From NCBI RefSeq assembly GCF_902459465.1, contig NC_047064.1, forward strand, positions 930,001 through 994,000: 64,000 nucleotides of DNA. Direction: 5' to 3'. This DNA is from Asterias rubens (lineage: Eukaryota). Below are positions 48,747 to 61,492 of the stretch, piece after piece. A program made the translations under genes and the position numbers. Every line of letters begins with the position of its first letter. The first letter of the stretch is position 1. The notes below the pieces were generated by a model. It made no database searches. It was not told the DNA's origin and saw nothing but the letters and a program-made list of their open reading frames with translations.

Positions 48747-50181
48747 AAAAAACATACATACATAAATGCAGGCACTTTTATAGCGCCCCACAAAGATCAG
48801 TGCACATTACAAAAGCTGCAAATGCAAAAAATATACAAGCAACAGTTATTTTTACTTTTCGAAGAGCTTGAGTGGCTAGCTGGCTTCAAGTGTGCTGTGT
48901 GCTTACTAACGCAATGAGTTTGAACAAATTTAACCTGCATTCATAAATACCCTGACAGTTTAGGCAGTCTTATTTGGCCAAAAGGTGGTCACTTGGCCAT
49001 TTTTTGTAATATCTGATAATAGCCTAACCACCACTTTATCAAAAAGCTGTGATTGTGGGTGAGTTTTACTTGCAAAACCAGAAGGTTTCAATCGTTAGAT
49101 GTTGTCCTTGAGACCATGTTTGTAAATATTATGTAATTCACAATTTGAATCAAGCCCTGTTGAAGAGAACAAAGTGGGTCAAAGTAGGCAGTTGTCAGCA
49201 TAATTCTACTCTAATGGGTGGATAAGTTTTGCAGGGGTGAAACTTTTTTGCTGAACAAATATAAAAATATCTGACTTCTGTTTTTTTTTTTTTTACGGCA
49301 ATTAAAGTGTCATTCAGATGTAGTAACTTAATGTGGGAATTTAAAAAACAGGTCACTGAGCTATACATTATTGGTTTTATTAGGGAGTAAAGACCATGGA
49401 GGTAAGACCAAGGATGTTCTTCAAGCATTAGCTTGAGTCCAAACCACTTTGGCCATCACCCAGTCTCTCCATTGAAAGAGAAAGACAGTATAAAAGTTGG
49501 GATCAGAGATATTTTGTTTGGATGGTCTTACAATTCCCATCTGGAACAGCCTATAAAACTACAATGTTGGCTATGTTTGTACTGTAGTGTCTGGCGTTTG
49601 AGCTTTTCATGTGTGTCTTCATCAATGGGTTCTCTGTGTCTCTATTCGTGTCAATGTCTAATAAATGGAATTGCTGGCAGCATCTTGAAGGTGACATTAA
49701 GATGGGGATATTGGTAGATGTCAAAGCTCTGGGTTTTTTTCTTCTGAATATTTAAGTTAATGAGTTCAACTTTTCAATAAAAATTAAGTTTTCCTCATAA
49801 AGTGCTCTTACCAGAGGAACATTGCTGCTGTGCCTGTTGAAGAATGAAATTTAAGGCTTGCATTTTAGAGACACAAGTGTGGTTCAAAATGTATTTTGCA
49901 CAGAGATATATGACAGGTATTGAGTGCAAAAACCAACCCATACATCCCCTAGAAAGGTCATTTCTATAATGCTGTTATTATATTCCTTGTGGTATATAAT
50001 ATTTAATATATTTTTGGCATACCACCTACCCACATTCCATTCTGATCAGTCTGATTCTGATACCCTCCGATGGGCCCCTCATGACCAGCCTAAGTGACAC
50101 AATGTGTACCTTATAGCTTTTATACCTTCCTATAATAAAATATATGGTAGAGTAACAATTAATTGGCCCTTTCAATGTACT

Positions 50182-50307
50182 TGTGGCTGTTGGCTAGTTA
50201 GTGTTACTTCTGCATACTGTACGTTACAGAAGTAAAGCATTTGCATGTGGCTGTTGGCTAGTTAGTGTTACTTCTGCTTACTGTACATTACAGAAGTAAA
50301 GCATTTG
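50182..50307. repeat. Near-perfect tandem duplication, 2 x 64 bp
   Basis: TGTGGCTGTTGGCTAGTTAGTGTTACTTCTGC..ACAGAAGTAAAGCATTTG starts at 50182 and 50246, with two substitutions. Confidence 0.95.
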
Positions 50308-52101
50308 GAAAAGTGTTGTTCGATTTCAAACATTCAATTGGCAACAGTGATAAAACCAGGAACTTAGAAACCCATGACTTTTGTTTAAATATCAAATAAT
50401 AAACCCTGTGGAAAGCTGTGATAAATTTAAGTTAATTCTGGGTTGAACAAACTTACTTGAACACTCACTTTTAGTTTTATTTGTTTGAAGAAAACTGCAG
50501 TTTTCTCCAGATAAAAATAAGTACAATGCCCTTTGATCTTCTGTTGAAGATGTTTCGTAAATCCTATAGGAATCTACTAAAAAGGAATGGCTGTAAGATT
50601 TGGCACCAAGTTGCAGATTTTTTTGCCAGCATTAATTGACTCAAATGTCATTTCTGTAGACATAGCTGGAGGAATCAGACAGATCTGATGTCAATTGTCA
50701 TTGAATAGCCTACATGTAATTTCATTTACATATTTATTCAAAAAGTAGACATGAAATGATGTCATCTGAGAGGGAAGGATTATGGGAAATAACAAATTAA
50801 ACATATGTCTGTTTGTTTAACGCACTAACAAATCAAATTCATGTTCCATTAAGCCAGTTGTTTCTCTCAATGCATGTCAGGTTAAATGTACTTTTCAGTT
50901 ACAGGCTGCGGTCGATCGTGGAAATTAGTCTGGGTTTTGTCAGATAAGATGATGATTTCACTCACACAGTTTATAAAAACAAATTGAATGGTAAAAGTCG
51001 TAATGCAATGATTTTAGACCTTGGGGGTAAATAAGAGTTCTGACAAAAACAGTCTGAAAGAAACTTGGATCCAGATCTTTAAAAGTAAAATTCCAGCATG
51101 TCAGCTTTTTGTAAACCCCTTGGTGTTGTAGATTATAGTTTTTTTTGAAACAGTATCCCAAGTGCTATAGAAGTAGATCCAAGCTGATATAGGTAACTGG
51201 AAGCATCCCAACAACTTAAAGAGAGGGCTTTTTGGTGGAGTAGCGTGGACGTCCTAAGTCTTTCTTCCCTTGGAGGCCTTGAATAATTGTGAATGTCCTG
51301 CCTTGAATTAGCATCGAGCCATAGAGGGCTGAGAATTACCTAACATGGCAGACACATCAGCCTACAATCACCCTCTCATCAAGGCACTTATTGCTGTGTG
51401 TTGATCCTGTGTTAATTCAGCAGGCCTTCATATGTCACTTTCAAACTAGCCATCCACAACTGTTATAATCCATTGGAGCGCCTTCTCCTATCGCAAACTC
51501 TCCACTCCCAAGACCGGGTCAGGAGTAGATGATCAGATTTTCGTACTTAAATAAAAGGGGTGGCAATCAGAGACAATCTGGCAACCCCACAGATGGACCA
51601 GTTAATTTGCCGTTATTGTTTAAACAAGAAAATAAACATATGTATGACTTTTTGGTGACCTTGTTAGAAACCCAGAGGTAAAATACTTATTAGAAAGTAT
51701 GCAACAGTCTGTCGTGATGTGGCCGTGGTATGGAGGTATACACATGTATTGCATGCCTCGCATCCGCAAGTTAACACCCACCCCTAAACCCCCCAAAACC
51801 ATTAGCTTTATTTTAAGTATTTCCAGCTGTTCAAACTTCAACCTTCAAAATTGGCTCAAAAAATAAAATACCAGCAAACCAGAAAGATTACATAATAGAA
51901 GAGGTTACCACACTAACACATAAAGTAACACTTGGTCATTTTGTCTTTTTACTGCCCAGAGAATAATCATTTATGTGCGCAGCAAACTTTTCTGCCTCTT
52001 GCTGCTGCAGCTCTTGATTGGGTGAAGGGCTTACATTTTGGTTACCCCTGCATGCTGGTTCACATCCCACTTGATCTCAAACTGTTCTCATTGTTGATTC
52101 T

Positions 52102-52240
52102 GGGGTTGAACAACAAAGACTTATTAGAGTGGGACTTGAACCAACAACCTCCATATTAATGTGCCAGCATTATATTATACCAACTGAGCTGTCTAACTCT
52201 ATGTTGGTGGTCTCCCTATTTTGTCAATACCTTTGTTTGG
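52102..52240 (-). mobile_element. Degenerate tRNA-like repeat, same family as 22312
   Basis: Minus strand: TATTGACAAAATAGGGAGAC..CATAGAGTTAGACAGCTCAGTTGGTA..GGCACATTAA..GTTGGTTCAAGTCCC. Confidence 0.75.
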
Positions 52241-55200
52241 TGTGTTGATTAACCTTGTTGCATTCCAATGCATATTGAGATAGGGTCAATGATGACAAGA
52301 AAATGATTTGCTACATTTAATTTCAGAATATCTTTTATTCGTTCAATGACAATTTTTGAAGAAAAAAAGTGAATAGCTGTAGGTAAAAAAAGGACAGTCG
52401 AATGATAAATTTGGATGCCAAATGGTACAATTCTCCTAAAAGGTGTAATCAAAGTCTAGATTTTAGACCCATTTGGAAAGACAGATCATAAAGTAACCCC
52501 GAAAATGCAACCCAGGGTGTAAATAAGAGAAAAGAAGAGAAAGCAGGCGTTGAAGCCAATGATATTATGATTGTATGCTTCATCAGGATCCCCTCCCCTC
52601 TTCAACCACTGAATCTGATAACGCCCGAGGCTTCTCAATTTGACCATGGCACAACTCAGAGTGGGGTTTATTCCGCCGGAAACCAATTAAAAATCCTAAG
52701 CAAACTGTCAATTATTTGTTCACCTAGAGTGAATATAGTTTGGCACTAACAACTTTTTCTTTTGACTGTGTGTCCTCATCCGGGAAAGCAACTTCATATT
52801 TCAAACCCAGAGTTTTACAAAGATGGTCTTTAGGAGTCGGCAAAGTGTGAAAATTACACTCCCGCCCCATCCAATGCCAAATGACAAGTGTTGCTTAATT
52901 AGTTGATGACAATTTTGTGGAGTGGCAGAATTGTAATTACTGTGGACTGAGCGTTTGAAATAGCGAGGGGTTTTGTTACACGGTCTATCAGTTTGGGTTG
53001 CTATTATTGCAATTGTATCCTAGTAATGAAATCTACCAGAGCATGTTTCGTTGATTGTAGCGCATGGTCATGGTAATGTGCACAAAATTGTTTCAATGTT
53101 ACTGCGCGTGCAAGAGCTGTTTCTATAGAAACCTAAGGGATTGAGCTAAAACCTAAGGAATTGAGCTTCAAAATGAAGGGTTTGCCCTTAACTTTTTTAA
53201 TGACTGACCAGCAGGACCAGTGGGCTTGTCATTTCACTACCATTAGCTTTTTCACTAGTCAATATTTTAAATGAAATGAGGAAGCTTCAACATGGAACTA
53301 GTCAGCAAGAGAGAATTCTGACTGGTCTTTATGTGTTTAACTGCCATTTGGCCAGGGGACTAATGTTAGAGGACTACACTGCCTATCATTCATTGTCTTT
53401 TGATTCATAGACTAGTTGTGTACCTGAATCCAAAACTAGACAAGTCCCCCTCTCGCACCCCACGCACCCCCTTCCCCCAATTCTCAAATGGAAAGGTAAC
53501 TACTAAAAATTTCCCCAGGTGCCTCACACAATGATTTTGATAGTCTTTTGTAAACCTGGCTCTAAATCAAACACCCACACTAGATTTACTGATTTGGGAA
53601 ACTCTATTCTGTTCATAACTTGGTCCACCATTATCACAGAACACATCGGTTCTCAAAAGGGGGTAAATCCAATCACAAAAGTACAACTCTGGGTGCAATG
53701 TTTTGTTAAATGTCTACCCACACAAAAATCTCCTTTTGATTGGGTGCGCATGCTGCGAGGAAAGCTCTTTATTTTGTCATGAAAAATTAAAGACCCTTTC
53801 TTCCTCCTTTGAGGAGCCTGGATTATCGCTATTCTGTGTTAACGCTAATCAGTAAGATGATTGTACAGTTCTTAACTAAGCTTAACAGTTCCTTGGGCTT
53901 GAATAGTTCTTCCAGACTTCCCTTGAGGATGTTATTTTATTTGTTGCTAATTGAATGTCTTGTATTTTAAAACATAATGCACATTTGGTTTTGTAATGTA
54001 ATCCTGTTGGGTAATAAACCATTTAGAAATTCTAAGAAGTCGTCATTCTTTATTTAAATCAAATTTGATCCCCTCTTTTGCTGGTAGTAAGTCCCTGCCT
54101 AGGGTTGTAGTACGATAATAATCCGAGTTCCATCTGAACTCTGAAAAAAAAGAAGAAGAAAGCTATCAAATAGACATGGGTATTATACTAAAACACGTAA
54201 CCTTGGGCTCAGGCTGAGAAATAAACCATGACAAAGAGGTCTTGAACGTAGACAGACCTCAAGGAAAGTTAAGAAGAACAAAATCCTTGCAAACCACTTG
54301 TATAAAGTTTTCTTACCTCCCCGTGGCTAAAAGCAGCAAGTTTTAAACCAAAAGGTTTTTTACCTCTTACCAAATATAGTGCAATCAAAAGAAGAACTTC
54401 AAGTTTTGTGAAATTCTTTTTAGAAGCAAAAGCACAAAACTCCTGCAGTGTGAAATTGACGGTGGAAAGATGGGGGGGGGGGGTAGGAGAATTCATAATA
54501 AGTTTGACTTTATTCAAGAGGCACTTATTGAAGTAAATGGAGGATTATTAAAGAATTTCTTTGCAAAATACAACAACCTTCCCCTTCCGAGTCAGACATA
54601 ATAAAATTGAAGAAATATGAGCTTGAGCCAACTTAGTTTGATTTCTTTCCTTATAAATTTTGGTGGAAGGCAGTTGAGCAATAAAACGGCTTGTGGCCTC
54701 ACCAAAGGCTGAATTAGTCAAACTTTATGATTTTGAAAGCCAAACACAATTATCCAAGAAAAAACGTGGTAAAACTTCTGCCATTGAAAAAGCGAGCTCA
54801 TTTACTGAACAGACAGCATTTTGCAAGGAGTAAGTGACTTTTATGGACGCCGAAAAAGCTATAAAAACCTGCAATTCAGGAGTGGATAAAATAGAAAGGT
54901 GTTTTTTCTCAGATGTTATTGCCTCAAGGGAGTGTACCGACTGTCTTTTCTTTGTGTTATAATTTCTCGGTTTAGGACACAATGAGGTAATTTTACGGTG
55001 GGATTAAAGCTGAATAACCTAACGTCTGTGCGGCATGTTGATTCAGATGTAATTCAATTTGAGGTAATGAAAACTTACATTCATAGATCAACCTTGTCCA
55101 AAAAGTCCCCAAAGTTTAACAGCGAGGGTCATGTTTTGACTCACAGCATGCTTTAGGATGTATTTCATTTCTTCCCTTTCAAAACGTCATGAAAAAGACA

Positions 55201-55306
55201 TGACAGTTGATTCAAGCTGGTGTTTGTTAAATATCAGGCAATAAACCACAATGTTTTGTCAGCATTTTGCTGCATAAATGTCACAAAAAAGTTTGTGATA
55301 TCTTAA

Positions 55307-55410
55307 GGGCCTTGTCATATGAGGCAATTTATGCCGGCAACTTGGAGGCAACTAACCCCAGTGCATGCCACTTTGGTAGCACACGAGTAAATTTTGAACA
55401 ATGTGCCAAG
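55307..55410. mobile_element. Partial copy of the Harbinger-type MITE at 7251
   Basis: TAA|GGGCCTTGTCA..GAGGCAATTTA..GGCAACTTGGAGGCAAC..CCACTTTGGTAGCACACGAGTAA matches 7251-7345. Confidence 0.7.
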
Positions 55411-56808
55411 TTTTTTTCCCTTTCATATTACAACAGTCATGTTCAAAATAATTTGTCAGAAATGTGTCAACCAGTTGATGTCATAAATTTGTCAGATTTT
55501 CTTATCTTTTAATGAATCTGTTGTATATTGTAATCCCTTGGTTTTGTGCTGATCCAGCCGCAATCAACCGAACTCCCTGAAAACCAAAATCTCTCAAATT
55601 GTGGTCAGCTATCAGCTTGAAGGCTAAATCTACCATGACCTTATCCTTTATCCTGAATGCAATCCCGCCTAATATTGCCCAACATAATGCCACAAAGCAA
55701 GCTAAATATCGAGATATTCCAATCTTGAAATTCATATCCAATAAAGCTGCATTTATTTCCCAATAATTGGCCACTTGTCTACAAAAACACCTCATAATCT
55801 TACCCCCTGGCTGCCTTAGCCAGACAATTGGAATGAAAAGCCTTATTTTGACATTTAACTGTGGTTTAATTCAGACAACATACAGTAGGAATAATTGCAA
55901 AGTGACTGCGGCTGAACACGTTTTTTAATCCGTGCCTGGGGTTATTCGATGTAGTGTTATGTATAGAAGGTTTCAGACCAATATCATAATGATGGGATGT
56001 ACAGGTTAAACTTTGAAGTCAGAAATAATGGTTAGGTTTTAAAATCAAACTTACCAAGTGTTTGTTATTCATAAAGAGTTCCTGTTTTTCTTGTTATCCA
56101 TTGGAAGGGTTGATTGTTTTCCCTTAATTGTGATGGATTCATTGATGAGAAATTGTAAACTTTCTTTTTTTGCCTGCCTGGTGATTTTATTCACCCAGTT
56201 GTTGTGTATGCTCTAGATCTACTGTACTTCTGTATAGCATTGTTCACAAAAGCTCAGTGAAATTTGAAGCTGTAGTAGGTGAAAATGTCATTATGGCAAA
56301 AAAAATCAAGTTTGGATCCCAAAATCACACCTTTTTGTCAACAAATTTTTCTGAAACAACCATCATCTTCAATTGAGTCTCTCTTTTTTTTCAGAAAGAA
56401 GTTGCTTAATACTTTGTACCTTGGCATTTGGCAGTACATTTTGATTTGCTGCTTACAACAATTCTGTGCTTACGGTGCGCTTTAAAACACAGAATTCGGT
56501 CAGCTGTAAGCAGCAACTTCTGTGGTTAGCAGCACTATGAAATGAACCCAGGTTGTCCAGCTCAAACCAGCGAAACACATTTTGACATGTGACGCTATGT
56601 TCAATCCAATCCTGTTATGACCACATATTAAAGGTCTAAAGTATGTCCCACAACCTACATTGTAATACCCTGTGTATGTTTTCTTAACATCTAATGATTT
56701 TGTCCTTGGAGATTATAGTATTATTAAAGTATTATTTCTTGGAGTCACTTGGACCTCCCTGTATGGTAAATGGATACACCCCAGCGTTTCTTAAATCAAG
56801 GAGATAAT

Positions 56809-57571
56809 TATTAATATTAAGCATTTATGTACGCTATTCATGGTAAAACCATATCACAGCGTTTACTAAGAGCAATATATTAAACATAATACAAACAAAC
56901 AACAATAGAACCAAAAAAAATCAATTAGGAAAGAGGTAGGTTTTGAGAATCTTCTTAAACACATTCACTGTTTCAGCAGATTTAATATAGGAGGGAAGTT
57001 CATTCCACTCTTTAGCTGCTGAAACAGTGAATGTTCGATCTCCCGCCTTACTGTGAGTCATGGGAAAAGTAAGGCGAAATGGATCTGCATTAGTAGATTT
57101 GTACGCAAAGGTCGATACAACTGAATACATTCGTTAAAATACACTGGTGCCTGATTGTGAAAGAATTTGTAAACGAATAATAGAATCTTAAATACAATCC
57201 TCTGTTTAATTGGTAACCAATGAAGCGATCTTAGAAGAGGCATGGCATCATGACGGCGATCTAACCTAAAGATAACACGAGCAGCCCAGTTCTGCAAACT
57301 TTGAAGTCTCTTAATATGCACCTGTGGGACTTCTGTAAGCAACCCGTTACAATAGTCTAACCTGGAAAGAACATGGCTGTGAATCACATGATGATATGCC
57401 TCTTCAGATACATACTTACTTATCTGTGACACATTTTTTAACTGAAATCGAACAGACTTGCAAAGGTGGTTTATTTGGTAAGACATAGACATATTGTAAT
57501 CAAAATATACACCAAGGTTCTTAACTGATGTTGATGGTGCAATCTGAGTGGTTCCAATCTGAGTGGTTCCC
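56809..57571 (-). mobile_element. 5'-truncated L2-type LINE 3' fragment
   Basis: Minus translation IGTTQIAPSTSVKNLGVYFD..LSRLDYCNGLL..LQNWAARVIF..LHWLPIKQRI.FKIL, then (frameshift) AGDRTF..AAKEWNELP..FKKILKTYLF. The tail is GCGTACATAAATGCT..ATTAATAATT. Possible 6-bp TSD GATAAT (56803-56808, 57572-57577). Confidence 0.92.
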
Positions 57572-59309
57572 GATAATATTGCAATTTGAATATTTGGGAA
57601 GTTTCCCTCCTTTCGATAAAACCTCAGAACTTATGCTTGTAAAATATTTTACCTCAACTGAACTACGAGGAGAGCCAATAGTTCCTAAAAAGCAAGAAAA
57701 ATATAAATATTTTGTTGCACCTTTGTAGGCATACAGGGGCTTAAATTGGAGAGCTTTTAAAACCAAACATAACTATCAAGTAAACAATCATCATTTAAAT
57801 CAGATGCCTGTATCAAACTTACGAAGTTTGAGTCCAGAATGCCCCAAAGTTTTTTTTAAACAAATCCTTGCGAGAACCATGTTTGTCGTGCAACTTATTT
57901 GTTCAGATCCTGTAACTTCACAACAGACATTTATTCTTAAAAAAAGGAGTCATATCTATAATGAGATCTTTCAGTGGATACCCACAGGAATTGTGCAATT
58001 ATCAAAAAGTACCATGTCCTTCATAAAAACCTGACATAACTCATTGTTAACACCCTCATGAGAGCCCCAAAGAGCAGCACTCAAGACATCAGATTGCTTC
58101 TGAGACATCTCAGATGCCACCCCTGGGTTTAATTCCTCAAAGTAACCCCAAATTCTATTTCTTAGTTTGGCAGCTTCATGATAAAGCACCAAATTTTCGG
58201 AACTTTGTTGACCGTGAAAACAATGGCGTGTTTCTACCCCCTTGTGTATTGATGTAATTGCTGTTCAGTTGGGTTTTAAAACCAAGTTCAGTAGTTCACT
58301 ACATTTGCTATCAGAGAAGGCCAGCACTCTGAGGGAAGTTGGAGCTGCCTCGATATAGAAGCTGTATCTATCTCCATAGAAACCCGGCACCCTAATCCTA
58401 GGGGTATTTACACACCAGTTCTACCCCTTCAGTTACCCCTCCCCCAAAAGGAAACAACGAATCAACAAAAACTGCAAGCTAAATTATTTTGCATTGAAAC
58501 AAACCAAACTTTTCTGTTTGATGAAGTAAAACACTCCATGCCATTGCCTGAATAAAACAAAGCTAAACATAAACTTCGTTTTATTTTTGGATACCTCTCA
58601 TTCTTGTTGTCAATTCTTAATCTTACAATCTCTCAACGCTTGACCTCACTGCCCGGCCTCTTTGAACAGTTTCAACCCTGCCACCCTTCCTTTTTCCTTC
58701 TAGAGAATAAAAAGAAACCTGTCCAGCGCGCCCGGTCTGACCAATCACACTAAACCGATGAAAACTTCTCTTTCCTTGCGAGTCATCAGATCATATTGTC
58801 CCCTCTGGTGACAGCACATCTCCCCCCTTGTCAACTCTTTCCACTCTTGCCAGAAAGTTCAGACTCTTTCATCTCTTTTGTATATTTTCATTATTTGTTG
58901 TTTATATGTATTTCTGTAAAAAGTATCCTTCAGCAAAAGGTGGTTGAGGCACAAGTTGTCAAAAAAGCAAGGTAGCTCTTTGAGACAGAGCTTTTTGGCT
59001 ATAATGGTCTTTGCCAAATAATTCTGTCATTACATCACAACTTGAAACAGTTGCTCAAATGACCTCAAAGCCTTTCACTCTCTCAAACAAATAGTCTTGG
59101 TTTGCTTACTTGACAATTTTGTCAAGAGAACTCTCTCTTCTCATTTTTACAAGGATAGACATTCTTACACAGAGACGATGTTTTAACTCAAAAAGAAGAA
59201 TGGAGAGTAAAGTTTTTTTTTTCAACCCAAATTTCATATTTTTGAAGTTCTCTACACATCCAAAATTTTTCCCTCCATAAGTTTGACGTAATTTGTAAGT
59301 AATTATAGC

Positions 59310-59531
59310 CCTCCGCTGGAGGCTTCCTCAATGGTCATCCCAAGCCTTCGTGTCTGACTTACTATCTTGTCAAACTACATCATCCTCCGCTGGAGGCTTC
59401 CTCAATGGTCATCCCAAGCCTTCGTGTCTGACTTACTATCTTGTCAAACTACATCATCCTCCGCTGGAGGCTTCCTCAATGGTCATCCCAAGCCTTCGTG
59501 TCTGACTTACTATCTTGTCAAATTACATCAC
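59310..59531. repeat. Near-perfect tandem triplication, 3 x 74 bp
   Basis: CCTCCGCTGGAGGCTTCCTCAATGG...ACATCAT starts at 59310, 59384 and 59458. The third unit differs only near its end. Confidence 0.95.
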
Positions 59532-60639
59532 CCTCAATGACCATATGACCAGGGATAAAACCCAAACTTCTAAGATGCTGTTACATCCTCCGGACACACT
59601 TTAGCCTAAAAAAGCTGTGGAAATCTTGACCCTCAAGGGACAAAGAAAGAAGTTAATCCTAGATTTGGTCCGAAGTCGCCAGCAATCTTGACTAGAAGTT
59701 GATAGCAAACCTTTGATGGAAGCCATGCTGCACAAATAAGTGCTGAACAGAAAAGAATCACTTGGGAGCTACATTTGCTTTATTGCAGTAATTTTATCAT
59801 TTGCCCACTTCCTTGACAATAACCTCCATAACCATAATCCAAGAGGCTTAATATTTAGTTTTCTGTAAACTACCCCTTCTTTCAAGCCTTTCAATCAAAC
59901 AATCTGCATACTTTAAATCTCAAAACTCTTATCAAACTCTAACAAGAATGACTGGATAAGATCCTTAGAGTATTACGATCTTGCCTTAATCACATGATAT
60001 TACAATCCCAATACTAACACATACCAGTGTGTTTTATTGTCCATCTAACAATGGATGTATTAACTGCCCACAATGCTAATATTTGCTAAATGTTAGCTGG
60101 CTGGATACATCTTGTTTGCCAAAGTTACACCTTAAATGATTCCAGAATGATTTACAGTCCCAAGCTAAGATGATTTTACACAAGGATATCTTGTTAACTT
60201 GTGAAATAATTCTCCTGCCATGTTGAACTTTCTCTTGTTTGTATCAAAGTAAACATATCAATGATACGCGGTTAGAGATTTGAAAAAGGGATCAGTAACA
60301 TTTTGACATTTTCATGAAAGACTTTATTATTCCCCTGGTATTTTGAATCCAACCAGGGGGTCCACTAGGCTGATTTAAGTATCTGTAGTGTTGCTTGATT
60401 TAAGAAACATGGAATACATTTTCCAGTATTTGTTTCACTTGAAGCATTTGAAGTTTGTGGTTTCTTGAGAAGTGTGGCATACTTACATGTTGTAAAGGTT
60501 GAAGGAAGTTTACCATTGGGACTTAAGCTACGTGGTGACCGGTCATGGGTCTCTACCCAACTCCTAAATTTTATATGAAATACCTCAATGGGAGTATCAA
60601 ACTACTCTGGTTAAGTAGAAGTTTTTTTTTTATGAGCCA

Positions 60640-60990
60640 ATAGGGTTTCCTGATGGGGACTAGTAGTATCCTTATTAGAAAGGAGGTTCAAATCGGGGTA
60701 CAAGTATGGGGTAGTTTGAAGGTTTCCTGATTGGGACCATTGGTCCTCATTGGGCGAAATGGGCTTCAATAAGGGTAGAAGTATACCCATTAGGGGGTAG
60801 TTAAGTTGTTATCATACATGAAGGTTTCCTGATTGGGGACAAATAGTATAGGCTGATTAGGAGAAAGGCCATTCTGGGTATAGTAGTATATCTGAACTGG
60901 GGTAGTTATTTGTAGTTATCATGCATTTTGTTTTCCTAATTTAGAGCGTCATTGGGAGAAAGGACTACAGTCGGGGTAGAAGAATCGTTT
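60640..60990. repeat. Diverged tandem array (~77-105 bp units)
   Basis: GGTTTCCTGAT at 60644, 60721 and 60823, with recurring GGGGTAG, AGTATA and GGGAGAAAGG motifs. Confidence 0.7.
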
Positions 60991-61114
60991 TTTTGGGGGG
61001 TCAATTACAATTCTGTAAATATAAGTACGCTAAACAAAAGTTAAAATATCATCATCGCATACCAATCGGCTCTCCATTGTTCTTAAAATATCTTTACTTT
61101 ATATAAATTCTTTT

Positions 61115-61492
61115 GCCGTGTCATGGCCTAGCGGTCTAGTGCATTAGACTCAAGTTCTGACGACTGAATCATCGAAATGTTCAGTCGATTCCCAGTTGTG
61201 ATACTTTTTGAACTTCAGCAAGGCACTTAGCCATAAGTGCACTTAACCATAATTGCTTCACTTAACCCAGGTGTATAAATGGTAACTCGCGAAGGTTGAG
61301 ATTGAATTGTGTTTGATTAACCGCCCTCAGTGTTAACATAAACAGCTTGACGTTTTATGCTCCCTAGGTGGATGAGAAAGTTTGAGAAATAGTTTAATTA
61401 TGCCTGATGAGCAGGGATAATAATGTTATAAAGTTCTTTCATCTAGCTACCCGGTTCAGTGCGCACTATATAAGAACTGCCTGATGTTATTA
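61115..61492 (+). mobile_element. tRNA-derived CORE-type SINE
   Basis: Head TGGCCTAGCGGTCTAG (box A) and a degenerate box B. The central AGCAAGGCACTTAACC...CCAGGTGTATAAATGG resembles the CORE domain (cf. MIR GGGCAAGTCACTTAACC...CTGTAAAATGGG). The 3' tail is GCGCACTATATAAG..TTATTA. Confidence 0.75.

Noticed and set aside
50905-50987. Phase-1 acceptor giving Gly-Cys as the next exon of the signal-peptide gene
   Set aside because: The frame continues GCGRSWKLVWVLSDK.. to a stop with no CxGxC and no convincing donor, so it does not complete a cystine knot.
55502-55795. 97-aa minus ORF as a membrane protein gene or LINE endonuclease remnant (GGIAFRIKD)
   Set aside because: There are no recognisable catalytic motifs or convincing gene structure. 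The similarity to GGGVAxYIK is too short to support a call.
57971-58192. RNRIWGYFEEL as a BED zinc finger of a hAT transposase
   Set aside because: The required CxxC and His ligands are absent in frame and no transposase follows.
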